From Cetorhinus maximus (Eukaryota), in assembly GCF_964194155.1 (NCBI RefSeq), contig NC_135896.1, forward strand, positions 84,320,001-84,384,000: a DNA stretch of 64,000 nt, written 5' to 3'. A model generated the notes under the pieces. The model was not told where the DNA came from and searched no databases. It was given only the letters and a program-made list of their open reading frames with translations. A program made the translations under genes and the position numbers. Below, one piece after another: positions 1-11,249 of this stretch (position 1 is the first letter of the stretch; each line of letters starts with the position of its first letter).

Positions 1-444
1 ATTGATGGTTAACGTGCTCCTACGCTAACTGCCTGTGGATATTTATAATAACAGGGGCCATCAGGGATGTGTAAAGTGGGTCTCCTGCTACTAACGCTAT
101 GAATCATTTGATGAGGCTACATCAACACGACAAAAGATGTTTCAACCAAGATGGCCTCATAGACTTTTGAGTGGCCTTTCATTGAATTGGCATGCTCAAG
201 AATCTATTAATAAGAACGGAAGACAATTTACTTTGGATCAATTTCCACACTGAGCTATTGATTACGTATAACTACTCTGAATGACTTCTAATTGGATATG
301 GCAATGAAAAATAGCTTTGAGGATGTAAAAATAGAATGAAATACAAACTTGGAAGGAAAGAATAGCCCATAAACCTCATGAAAGGGAGCTGCTACCTATT
401 CCATAATATCTTCTGTAGTTATAATTACTAAGTGTAATTAGAAA

Positions 445-1075
445 GAGAGATGTGTATTTATATAATGTCTTTCATGACTTCAGGACTTCCCGAGGCACTT
501 TATAGCCAGTTAAGTACTTTTGAAATCTATTCACAGTCAGATTAGGTGATATTGTGGCTCAACAGGTGGTGCCCCTGCCTCTAAGCCAGAAGCTTTGGGT
601 TCAAGTCCCACTCCAGGAAGGACCCCAAAAGGAGCATTTATGACGCTGTTCAAGAGGTTGATAATCAGCCTGCTAATCCTTCCACACTTCCCCACTATTG
701 TGTGAACACATCAAACAAACTGTTGTAATTTAGGAAGTACGGCAGTGGATTTGTGCACAGCAAGATCCTACAAATAGTTATGCAATATTGACTGGATAAT
801 CTGCTTTTCAGTAATTAAAAGGTTAAATATTGGTCAGGACACTGGACAGAAATCCCTGCTCTTCTTCAAAGTAATGTCATGGGGTCTTTTACATCACAGA
901 AGAGGCCAGATAGGCTTCTGTCTAACATCTCATCTGAGAGACACCACCTCTGATAGTGCAGCACTCTATCGGCAGTGCCAGCCTCGATTATGCGAGCAAG
1001 TCTGTGGTGTGAGACATGAACCTATGTCCTTCTAACTCAGAAGTGCTATTGGCGCCCACTGAGCCACAGCTGGCA
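445..1075 (-). mobile_element. DeuSINE/SacSINE1-like SINE, interrupted by a second SINE
   Basis: The reverse strand shows a tRNA-like head near 1075, a Deu-like core and the typical tail. It is homologous by eye to copies at 12406, 29660 and 45915. Confidence 0.7.
535..718 (+). mobile_element. Short tRNA-derived SINE nested in the DeuSINE
   Basis: A-box-like tggctcaacagg and B-box gggttcaagtccc. The host SINE sequence resumes at about 719. Confidence 0.5.
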
Positions 1076-1404
1076 TTAAACACTTGGAAATTAAAAAAGC
1101 CTCAGACATGAAGCATAAACTTTGACTTAGGATAGTTGCAATTGAAAAGCATTGAACCATGCTCTTTGTTCAGCTGTGGCTCTCGAGTGCCAAGCCAGCT
1201 AGGGTTAAAGGGTCAAAAGCTTTCACTTTCTGTAGACTGCAGAAGATTTGCTTAGAATGAATTTGGGAGTCACATCCTTGTAATATTGGGAATAGGCCTA
1301 CAATACAAAACTATTGAGATGAAAAGGCCTATTTTCTTCTCCTCTCCCAACGCAAAGGTGGAGAGTATGTTATGTCAGCAGCAATGCTATATGCCCCCAG
1401 GAAG

Positions 1405-1935
1405 AACAATTTACTTTAATACAGCATTTTTACATAACAAAACATACCAAGGCACTTCACAGGAGTGCAAAAAGCCAACATTTGGCACCGGCTCACAGAA
1501 GATGATATTAGGAAAGGTGTTCAAAAGCTTGATAAGCAGTATGTTTAAGGTGCATCTTAAAGAAGGACAGAGAGCAGTGGAGAGATTCAGGGAGTGAATT
1601 TCAGAACTTAGAACCTAGGCAGCTGAAGGCATGTGAGGTAAAGGAAACTGGGGATGCTCAAGAGGCCAGAATTGAAAGAATTCAGAGATCCTAAGGGTTT
1701 GGAAGGCTAGAAGAAGTTATAGACATAGCAAAGATCAAGACCATGGAGGGACTGCAATGTCAAGTCAAGAACTTTAAGTTTTAGGTGTTGGTAGACCAGG
1801 AGCCAATATAGGTCAGCGAGCAAAGTGGTGATGGGTGAATGGCACATTAGAATATAGACAGCAGAGTTTTGGATGAGTTGAAGTTTACAGAGGTGAAAGG
1901 TGGCCAATAGTATTGGATTGGCTGAGAGCAGCAGG
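1405..1935 (-). mobile_element. L2-like LINE 3' fragment
   Basis: Reverse strand reads tgccttcagctgcctaggttctaagttctgaaattcactccc, an L2-type 3' end also seen at 47140-47540. Confidence 0.55.
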
Positions 1936-2639
1936 ATCGAGTCTGGACTCTTTATTTTTTGTCCGTTTGGCTGAGGTGAACACTGTATGGAGTAATTCAG
2001 CAATTGAACAATCAGGCAGAACAATGACTGATAATCGAACGTATTTCTACTAACATATTAACAGAAGTAATACGAGTGAGTAGATCATTACAAATTAGGA
2101 ATTAACTCATTCTGTTTAAGTCATGCCTTTTCTCTGGTGCCATTTCTAAGTTGTTAGTGGAGGATACTTACAACCCTTTCCTTCTGGTGCTCCTCAACCT
2201 TAATTACAATCATCTGTGAACTAAATAAATCATTGCATAAAATCCTGTAATGCAGTTCAATCACAGTTCAGCTTTCTATAGTATAACCAATTACAACCCA
2301 TCAAATTAGGCATTAGACTTGCACACAGCTGCAGTTCAATTGATAATAGGGTGTGTCTGTTACTTCATTAGGTAATTGAGCAAATTTCCCTAATTGCCTC
2401 AATGAAATACAAGGATCTCATCTACTCCCATACCAAATGTAACAATTACAGTGTGATCCCTTTAACACTTATTTCGCTAAGGACTGCTGCTGCGGAAAAT
2501 ATCACATTCAACTTTTTTTCTCTGTGTAAGAATGTTTAACAAGAATACTTTGGAGTAGGAATTAGCCTGTGTTGGCTGTGGGGCCTGCTTCTGAGGGGGA
2601 AAATAGATACAAATTAAACCAATTTAGCATTCGAATAGC

Positions 2640-3320
2640 CTGTGCACAACCTGGCCTCCTTCGGGGGTCCCCTGGAATAAAAGATTATTCTCCACTCTTA
2701 CAATGATCACATGCACGGATGTATCTGGGACAAGGAGGTTGGAAAGGATGAGGTCAAGTAGGCTGTAATTTTCCCAGTTTGGCAGCTATGTCCATCAGAA
2801 CTTGGCCAGCTCGGTCAGTATTATTGCTACCGAGTATTGTGGGGGAGACAAGCGGGACCTTGGTGTCCTGACTTCCGACTTTGGACCGGGGCAGGATGCT
2901 GCACCTCATTCATCGGCCCGGGAGAATGCCAGGCAGGGAACTCGATCGGACCTGTGGGATCCCCTCGGTACGAGAAGAGACGCAAGACCGAAGTGCCCGA
3001 AGCACAGGCTGAAGCAGACGGGGTGGAGCCTGGAGCCCAGAGCTCGGGCTGGAGAAGCTTGAGGAAGTCAGAAGCCTGAGAGAGAGAGAGAGAGAGAGAG
3101 TGAGGGGCGAGCAGGCAGCAGCAAGAAGCAAGAGCAGCAGCAGAAGCCCAAGGCTGGTGGGTCGCAGTGTCAAGGAGCCTAGGCCACAAATGTAGCTGAC
3201 CAAAACCTCTGACGGTGGCAGGAGCACCAGGAGGTAGCAGCTGAGCGAGCGAACAGCTACAGAAGACCTAGGCGAATCTCCTGGAGACCACCCTTGAGAG
3301 GCCTAGAAGGGAGGGAGATC
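2640..3320 (+). mobile_element. Left part of a probable LTR-like element that the ERV inserted into
   Basis: GC/CpG-rich block with a (GA)n tract, ending exactly at the ERV TSD. True termini not identified. Confidence 0.35.
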
Positions 3321-3325
3321 CCCTT

Positions 3326-3702
3326 TGAAGATGGTACGCTCTCCAATCCCGCAACAACCACAGAGACTCAGGCTTCCTTTTAACTGGTTTTATTCAAGCA
3401 TATGCAAGGGAGCCCCAATCATTCCTAAGAATGAAGACCCAGCTTCCAGATTGATTACATTTCACTACTTTTGTACTTTTTCTTATCGTAATACATTTGA
3501 GTACATTTGAATACATCCAATCGGTAACTGACACACCGGTCCCATGCTATCTCTATCCTATTGAGTACATAAACATGTGATTTTGCTAACCAATTATTCT
3601 AAAGGATGTATACATAATTATATTATCCAACCAAAATTAAAACACGTACACAAAGACCTTGGTTCCCACAACTCAAGGCTGTTTGTGTTTCATCAAAGCC
3701 CT
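3326..3702 (-). repeat. 3' LTR, U3-truncated
   Basis: Aligns to 9493-~9857 with roughly 25-30 substitutions and two indels (by eye). Similarity stops after catcaaagccc. AATAAA on the minus strand near 3390. Confidence 0.92.
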
Positions 3703-3885
3703 TGGCAAAGCCCAAGCTGGCCACACCTTAAGTTGAGAATTCTTCTTCTGGTCCTTCGGGTGGCCAGTTGTCCAGACCACCAGAGGAATCCTAAGCCACC
3801 TGGTTGTATAACATAACCTTCCCTTCCCTTGTCTTCTCCCTCGGAGTATGCATAGGTTGGGGAACTGATGCGCACCTTTGGTTTG

Positions 3886-6037
3886 TTACTGTCTGTGCCT
3901 GAAGAGTTCCTTTTTACGTTGGTAGCAGCAGAGTCCGATAGCCCATAAGAGCATGATTCCTGTGACTATCGTCATACCCATTCTAACAATCTCCCACCAA
4001 TTCATCAATCTTCCGGCCATAGCATAGGAAGTAGCTGATTGGGCTAACCTGGCCGATTGGGTGGCTAAATCCACTTACACACGCCCCCTCACGATTTGCT
4101 CTCTAGAAGCTTCTACATACGATTGAGCTATTCTTGTGGCTTCCTGCATGGCTAGGCATGCTATTCTGACAGGAGTTTGATCAGTGAACAATGTATGATC
4201 CCCCAAGCGCTAAACAAGTATCCTATGGTCTGCCTGGCAAATGAAAGTCTCCTATAGTAAATAGATCGGTCAGCTGTAGGCAGAAACTCGAGTTGCTAGC
4301 ACAAAGCAAGTCCCCATAAAGGAACTCAGCCTCGCTGGTCATGAAGCACCATTGAGTTGAGGACATCTGAATTGCCTTAAATGCTTCCTGAATTGGTAAT
4401 GTGGTGAATGTGACTTTACTAGTATTTGTAAATACCTCCAGCGTTCGACATGAGCACACTATGTAATTTCTTGATTCTGTACAACAATCTCTAGTACTCA
4501 TCAGTACCATGTCTTTTACATAGGATATATATCCACGTAGCCCTATGCGGTATACCATCCTCCCTTTATCTACTCCTAGGGACTCAAACCTATAGCTGTT
4601 CGGGAAAGCCGTGTTTGGATGATGTTCTTGGGGAATGGCCATGATGAATTTTATGACTCCATCCTCTCCTCCACCTTGAGGTTGTGTAATCACCAATTCC
4701 TGCCGCTCATTGCGCAAATTTGTAAGGTTTAATTGGTATACTGACTCGAACATGTGTTTGGGAATTGTTCCAAACCTGATATCTTCAATGTCGGATTTTA
4801 CCCCATCAATTAGGTTCTCGCGCTGGCATATTGCATGCCCTCCCTGTGGCTTGTGATTTGGCTGCGTCTATTATCTCATCTGCGATCTGCCTAAGGATCT
4901 GTAGCAGACCCTCTCCTTGTAGCTCCACGGCTGTCAGGGCATATCCTGTCCCGCACGCATTGAAGTGCAGTCTCAGCGGCCACCCAGGAGGCATAATCAT
5001 TTAAGTCATAGATCTGATCTGAATTAAGCATGGAATTGGCACTCAACAAGAAGCCCTCCGATATCTCATGGTGTACTTCTCTTTAACCTAACCTGTGCTT
5101 TTGCTCTAATTCCCAGAACAATTCGAAATTTATAGTCTTTGACTATCCTCTTCAGTTGGCTTCTAGCCCATTTTATGGAATTCTGATGGCTGTGACAAGT
5201 CGTATGCAATACTGACAGTAGTCCTGAGATATTATATGTCACTTCCAGGGAGACCATAGTTACATCATGCAGTAATGGTTCTGAATTTCCTAACCTATTC
5301 CGTCCAGGGGGGACTTACTACATCTGGTCATTGACTGGGTCTTTGATAGCCACACATCATCAAGGTGAAACATCATGTATCATAACAACCATGCCTATTA
5401 CATATTTACATGTTCCTTGATAATATTGTCCCTCAAGACCCGGTTCCCAAACAAAGGGAGGTAGGTCTGTCCATCTGGCGGTCACATTAATCTCTTGATA
5501 CATCCAAATGCTTGTTGATGAAAAACTGGTAGGGGGTGCATACATTCTACATCCCCCATACCACCAACCCAGTCCAGTTCTATTGTCATAAATCCCAATT
5601 ATCGTTACCCCACCACTCGTGTCTATGCTTATGCTTAGTGAGGTGTTACTGGCTATTTCCCGCTGGGGTGTATCCTCAAAAGTGCATTCGTCAGTTCATC
5701 ATTGTCCTTACCCTTGGGTAAGTACTACCATCCCGTGAAGCTCCCGTTGTTACACTCGAGTGGTGTCAATCGAACTGGCTGCCCTGGTGTTGTTAAATGT
5801 AGAGTACTCCTACAACTCTTTGTGTGATTGCACGTGGGGGTCCTGTTCCCAAGTGTTCATTTGATGTGTCCGTGCAGTGACTTGATCCATAATCCAGGTG
5901 TTGGGCTTCCTTATCCATTCCCCACTTCCTCCTTGGGGAAGTAGTAAGTACTGCCCAGGGTGAAGGCAGGTGTCATTATTGACTTTGACCGTTGGTGCCT
6001 CCCATGCCAGTGCTAACATGCCCAGAGCCAGGATCAT
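3886..6037 (-). pseudogene. env: env glycoprotein, class I fusion (F-like), with stops and frameshifts
   Basis: Signal peptide MILALGMLALAWEA, furin site RLKR (5089-5078), fusion-peptide/heptad region, Cys-rich segment DCCTESRNYIVCSC...QWC...C...FC, then TM WWEIVRMGMTIVTGIMLLWAIGLCC and a basic tail. Confidence 0.85.
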
Positions 6038-6727
6038 GGACCTGTGGAAACATTAACATTGGATCCGTCGTCTGGGTTATCATTACTTCCTTCATATGGT
6101 TTTAATTGAGGATAATGTTTCCATTTGCTTCCTGTTTTCGTATCCACAAGTGCGCACTTATCACCTGTCATAATTACCTCATATGATCCGTACCATCTGG
6201 GTGCGAACCCAGGTCGTTCTGGGCTCATCTTGACTATTACCCTGGTCCCCACCTGAGGGGTTCACTGCTGTTCTTCATACTTATCTGCCTCTATGTCCCT
6301 AATCATCTGTCTGTCTCTAACTTCCTCTCTCAACTCATGTAATTGCTTCCCTAATTCTCTTACATAGTCCCATATTCTTCCTTCCAGTGGCCCTACATCC
6401 CCTCCTCTTACTATAATTCCTTTGGGTAATTGCATGGCCCTGCCTGTCATCAATTTAAATGGGGTGAACCTGGTAGTCCTATTTGGTGTAGCCCTAAGGC
6501 GCATCAGAATGCTGGGCAATACGGTGGCCCAGTTGTTCCCTGTCTCCGGAATTGCTTTGGCTATAGATGTTTTTAAAGTTCGGTTCATCCTTTCCACCAC
6601 CCCTGAACTCTGGGGGTGGTAAGGAATATGGAATTTCTCTTTAATCTCCATAAGTTTACACATTTCTTTAATGACTCTCCCTGTGAAATGAGTTCCCTGA
6701 TCTGACTCCATCTGGATAGGCACCCCC
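6034..6727 (-). pseudogene. pol: Integrase core (second D and E) plus C-terminal domain, 5'-truncated
   Basis: SDQGTHF...PYHPQSSGVVERMNRTLK...LMTGR, then PRWYGSYEV (GPY/F-like) and WKHYPQLK. One break near 6260. Confidence 0.93.
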
Positions 6728-6734
6728 GCTCTTT

Positions 6735-6975
6735 CCAGTTTACTATCTCCTGCTGCTGTCTCATGTCGGACCTCAATTCCTTAAGCTGCCTACACAACTC
6801 TACAACGCACCTTCTTATCCTGACTTTCAATGGCTCAGTATCTTCACTTCCAGTGGAAGTTCTCTCTGGGAGCCACTTAACTCTGCCTGTCATCAAGGTA
6901 TTAATCCTGTGGTCTTACTTTTTGTAGCTCGCAGGCACATTAATATAGTCAGTAATACATCTATGTAGCCTTTTT
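6735..6975 (-). pseudogene. Second, diverged integrase remnant
   Basis: DVLLTILMCLRATKSKTTGLIP / LMTGRVKWLP...PLKVRIRRCVVELCRQLKELR aligns with TVLPSILMRLRATPNRTTRFTP / LMTGRAMQLP...PLEGRIWDYVRELGKQLHELR of the adjacent copy. Confidence 0.8.
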
Positions 6976-8730
6976 TCCAGCTTTCCCTTTACCTGTATCC
7001 ATCTTGTGGTAAATTGTTGTTAAGTATTATTTCTCCTTCCCTTCAGCTGCCTCAACTACAGATTCCGAATAGTTTTACCTCTAAGGTTTTTTTTTCCTGA
7101 CCACGATCCTCCTAAGATTCTCTTGAGGTCAGTTTCTCTATTGTCTTGATCATTTAAAATGTTTCCTTACTCTTTAGGCCATATTAACTATTCCATGTCA
7201 ATGGGAATCTCTGTCTCTAGAACTTTGCTTATCTTCCCCTGTGCGGTTCCAATGTCTCAGTTGATGGCCAGATTATCAAACTCAGTTCCCTTACATTATG
7301 TCCTCTTTCCCTAACTCTTTCTCCTACTTTCCTCATACCATTTTACACATGCAATAGCTACCATCTTATCTCGTTCAGAGGTTGTCTGGAGAGACTTTAC
7401 AGTCCAATAAAATATTCTCATAACAGTTTTAAAACAGAAATCAGGCATTGATAAGTCTTGCTTCCTTATCTTCTTCTCAAACAACATTTTACTGTCTCAA
7501 AAGTAACCCACTAAATTGTTTCTGACCCTTTTCTTAAAAAATTATTCCAGACTCATTAACTCGGGCAAAAAATTGGATTTCTGCCAAACTTTGTCAAGGT
7601 CTTGAGCTTAATTTCAAATTTTGATAACAGACTCACAAATGCAAAAGCTTACAGCATTTGAATTAGTGCCAATTGTTGTCAAAAACCTTTTAAATTGAAA
7701 ATTCCCTTTTGAGAACTTTATCAAAAACCAAACCTCAAATTTTAAACTTTGTAAGAACTGTAATTTACACTATCAAAATTAAAACAACCTCTTTTTCATG
7801 TGTAATGATTTGTATCCAGATTATAAATCCCCTATGTTTATCGATACATTCTTTATCTTTGGATAGCATCCTCATTATTCAAAGTAACCAGTTAAATTAC
7901 ACTGCACTTTACATCTCAAGATTGTCCCAAATTCAAATTACATTGCTGTTAGAATGCAGGTTTCCGTTAATATTTAATTAATCTCTTCAAAAGAAATCCC
8001 TTTTTATCCATTGGAACCACCTAGACCATGTGTTTATGTCTTTTGGTTTTCCTTGAATCCTTTAGAATTTCAGGTAATCTTTTTTTTTCCCTCAGAATTT
8101 GAGAAAACCAACTCATATGTATCAATCCCAATCAGCTTGGAAGCTGGTGATGAGGGTTATTCCTTACTAGTCTGCAAGGGGGTGGTACAAGGGTTGGTTC
8201 ATCTCAAACAAAGGCAAACCCTGTTTTATCTTTGCAATACCTTCAAATTGCATTTTTTGCCAGAAATCTCAACTCAAACCTTATACTCAAAACTTTGGAA
8301 TGTTTTAGTATACTTTTCCTTTAATCTAATATGGGGCTTTCAACTCTAAAGTGTTGAACTACACACACAAATGATAATTTAGGGAAGAAAACACATTAAA
8401 GCTCACATGCAAATGCTTCTTTGCACACAAACACATATATAAAGGTATGTATTTATATTCCTATAATATTGAACTTAACTCTAACTGAAACTTCAAGTAG
8501 CAGTGGGGGGAATAAAGGGATCTTGGAGGCTCCACCCATAGGGACAATCAAACTGACTGAAGCTCACATTTCCTCTGCTCCTGCCTGTCACTGCTCCCTA
8601 ATTTCCCCTAGGGGTACCCCCTTTCTCTCTCTCTCCCTCTCTCTCTCTTGAGCACAAACAGCTCTTGTAACTTAGATCAATTCATTTCTTTTAAGTTACA
8701 AAATTCAGTAGAGGACCTTTCAGGTCCCAA

Positions 8731-9066
8731 TTATCCTTCCACATAGTCCCAATATCTATTGGTGGCCCCTGGGAGAAATTGATCTGCCGCTGTGACCGGC
8801 GCAACTCGTCTGCGATATTTCTGCATTAGTTTAGTTTGTTGCAGATACAGACTCAAAATGAGTACTGTAGCTTTGTCAGTTTTATCGTTAATCTGAGCTT
8901 TCCACCACTCAGAGCATGATGGAGGATCGCCCTGCTGCCAACCTTGTTGTTTCATTCTGCTGATCTGCTTTTTATGCTTTCTGGCGAGGTGAAGGGACAT
9001 GGTTCCTTCACCTCCCCATTCGGTAATGAACTCGAGTTCGGTCTTCTCGGCCATATCCACACACAA
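8731..9066 (-). CDS. Short open frame at the gag position (putative Gag N-terminus)
   Basis: First ORF after the PBS and leader (MAEKTELEFITEW...), 111 codons. Assigned by position only. Confidence 0.5.
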   Translation of the reverse strand: MCVDMAEKTELEFITEWGGEGTMSLHLARKHKKQISRMKQQGWQQGDPPSCSEWWKAQINDKTDKATVLILSLYLQQTKLMQKYRRRVAPVTAADQFLPGATNRYWDYVEG

Positions 9067-9087
9067 ACTAAATGGTCACACACAAAC

Positions 9088-9329
9088 TAAACAGGGACCC
9101 ACAGTTCCCACGAGATCTGAGTCTCCTGAGGCTCAATCACCCCACACCAAAACAGGGACCCACAGTTCCCCTGAGGTCTGAGTCTCCTGAGGCTCAATTG
9201 CCCCACACCAAAACAGGGACCCACAGTTCCCCCGAGATCTGAGTCTCCTGAGGCTCAATCACCTCAGACCAAAATGGGGACCCACAGTTCCCCTGAGATC
9301 TGAGTCTCCTGAGGCTCAATTGCCCCACC
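9088..9329. repeat. 4 x 61-bp tandem repeat in the ERV leader
   Basis: gggacccacagttccc..gag.tctgagtctcctgaggctcaat recurs every 61 bp. Confidence 0.95.
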
Positions 9330-9469
9330 TGTCCAACTGAGTCTCCCTGACCAAAACGTTCGGATTCGCCCTATTAGACCTCCATTCTAGTCTGATGCGA
9401 GCAACTGGAGAGTATCTTTCAAATGAAAATACTCACCAGATCATTGTTCCACCTTCGCAGACGTCTGGG

Positions 9470-9490
9470 CGAATCCTGCCGACTACGCCA
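9470..9490 (-). promoter_or_regulatory. Primer-binding site, tRNA-Ser
   Basis: Plus strand cgaatcctgccgactacgcca equals the 3' end of vertebrate tRNA-Ser(AGA/TGA) plus CCA, 2 nt from the LTR edge. Confidence 0.92.
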
Positions 9491-9492
9491 GT

Positions 9493-10110
9493 TGAAGATG
9501 GTACACTCTCCAATCCCGCAGCGACCACAGAGACTCAGGCTTCCTTTTAACTGGTTTTATTCGAGCATATGCGAGGGAGCCACAATCATTCCTAGGAATG
9601 ATGACCTAGCTCTCAGATTGACTACATTTCATTACTTTTGTACTTCTTATCATAATATATTTGAGTACATTTGAATATATCCAATAGTTAACCGACACAT
9701 ACTAACTCTATCCTATTGAGTACATAAATATATGATTTTGCTAACCAATTATTCTAAAGGATGTATACATAATTATATCATCCAATCAAAATTAAAACAC
9801 GTACACAAAGACCTTGGTTCTCACAACTCAAGACTGTTTGTGTTTCATCAAAGCCCCTTCTTTGTCCCTTGTTCGTCTTCCCATATCTAAGCTAAAACCA
9901 TCTGCCCCTTCCTTATGTGAGAGGGGAGTACACTTAATCTAATTTATGTCATACTTTTGTCTCCAGTCTGACTTTCAAGGCTGTGCAATGTTCATCTGGT
10001 AATCTTCAACTCTTAATATGTTTAGCAGCCATGTCTGCCTGGAGATTTTAAGGGTTTTTCAGTAAATTCTTACTGTATTCTCTTTTAGCATTTTTAATTT
10101 CCCCGTAACA
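9493..10110 (-). repeat. 5' LTR (618 bp)
   Basis: Minus strand reads TGTTAC...CTTCA, bounded by the TSD and the PBS, with AATAAA near 9557. Confidence 0.93.
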
Positions 10111-10115
10111 CCCTT

Positions 10116-10417
10116 CGTATCTGGGAGGCAAAGTCATCTGGGTCATGTGCTCACGGGAAATTAGCAGTTGCAGCTCCACCAACTGAACTGTACTGTGCTG
10201 TTTGGAGATCGGGAGTTATGTTCCTGACAGTACCCTGATGGATCTGAAGCATCAGCCGTGAATATACATTGTGTATAGTTCATTCATCTAAACTAAGCTT
10301 TTCCATTCATGTTTATCAAGATTTGATGAAAGCAGAATAAAAGATCCCTGTTTTATAACTTTTGTGCGGTCCATGTGCTTGAACATCATGTTACACGAGC
10401 ATCATAAATGATGAACA
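10116..10417 (+). mobile_element. Right part of the probable host LTR-like element
   Basis: AATAAA near 10336 followed by U5-like sequence ending in ACA. No TSD found. Confidence 0.35.
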
Positions 10418-10479
10418 TTCAGGTTCCCCACTCATGTGCACATTCTGCATCCTTGTTTCCCTCAGTGTCTCTTCCAAGC

Positions 10480-10630
10480 GATGTTCAACATGGAGGAGCA
10501 CTGATTCATCAGCAGAGGGAGGACAATAAGCAGTTATCAGTAGGAAGCTTCCTTGCCCATGTTAGACCTGAAGCCATGATACTTTAGAAAGTTCAGCCTC
10601 AATATTGAAGACTCCCAGGGCCACTGCCCT
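10480..10630 (-). mobile_element. CR1-group LINE (family B) endonuclease fragment
   Basis: Reverse complement resembles 52510-52650. Confidence 0.55.
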
Positions 10631-11249
10631 GCACCGAGTAACTGAACCAGTCTAAGGTGTTTTCTAATGGGACATTGTGTGCCTAAGAAGAAAAGAGTTG
10701 GATCTTTTCGTGAAGTTATGAAAAATCCCTAATTGCAACAGTGATTGAATTGGACGTGATGTACTTTGGGGTGCCAAGTGCTCATGAAAGATTCCACATA
10801 AGCCATAAATGCTGGCATTTGAATGGTGCCTTTGATGTAATAAAGCATACCAAGGTGCTTCAAAGGGATGTAATCAAACAAAATACAGGTTCTTTCTTTC
10901 TTACACTCTCCCCATCCATGTAATCTCCTGAGAGAGCCAAGAAAACTGTCTGTTCCAGAATTTTTGCCACTCTCCAGCTGGCACCCTGAAGTTTAGTTTG
11001 GTGAATCCATTCCCTGAGCCTGCCCGAGATTACCTGCAATCTCCTCTGGATCCAGTGATGATTGCCCTTTCTTCTGCTTCAAGGCAACTCTGGAATAACG
11101 GCACCATGTGGAAAGTGCCAGACACCCCCAATCGTCTGAGCCCACCCTTTAAGCAGAAGACATTCAAAAGCTGCATGAGAGCCGATACAGTGTGATGGGT
11201 AGCCTGAAGACAGAAGTCAAAGGCTGCACAAGACCAGGTGACTATACAG

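Larger units (their letters stand above)
3326..10110 (-). mobile_element. Defective endogenous retrovirus (lokiretrovirus-like; class III/ERV4-like is the alternative)
   Basis: Direct repeats start at 3326 and 9493, outer termini are TG..CA, and CCCTT flanks both ends (3321-3325, 10111-10115). It has a tRNA-Ser PBS and gag-like, integrase and env remnants in retroviral order. No RT/RNaseH recognised. Confidence 0.93.

Noticed and set aside
2802-3227. Overlapping ORFs in a GC-rich block
   Set aside because: Low-complexity (GA)n and (GCA)n content with no protein motif; probably LTR sequence.
9088-9329. CRISPR-like regular repeats
   Set aside because: The units are contiguous with no unique spacers, there are no cas genes, and the context is a eukaryotic retroviral leader.
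9470-9490. tRNA-Ser gene
   Set aside because: Only the 3' 21 nt including CCA are present, next to an LTR, so this is a PBS.
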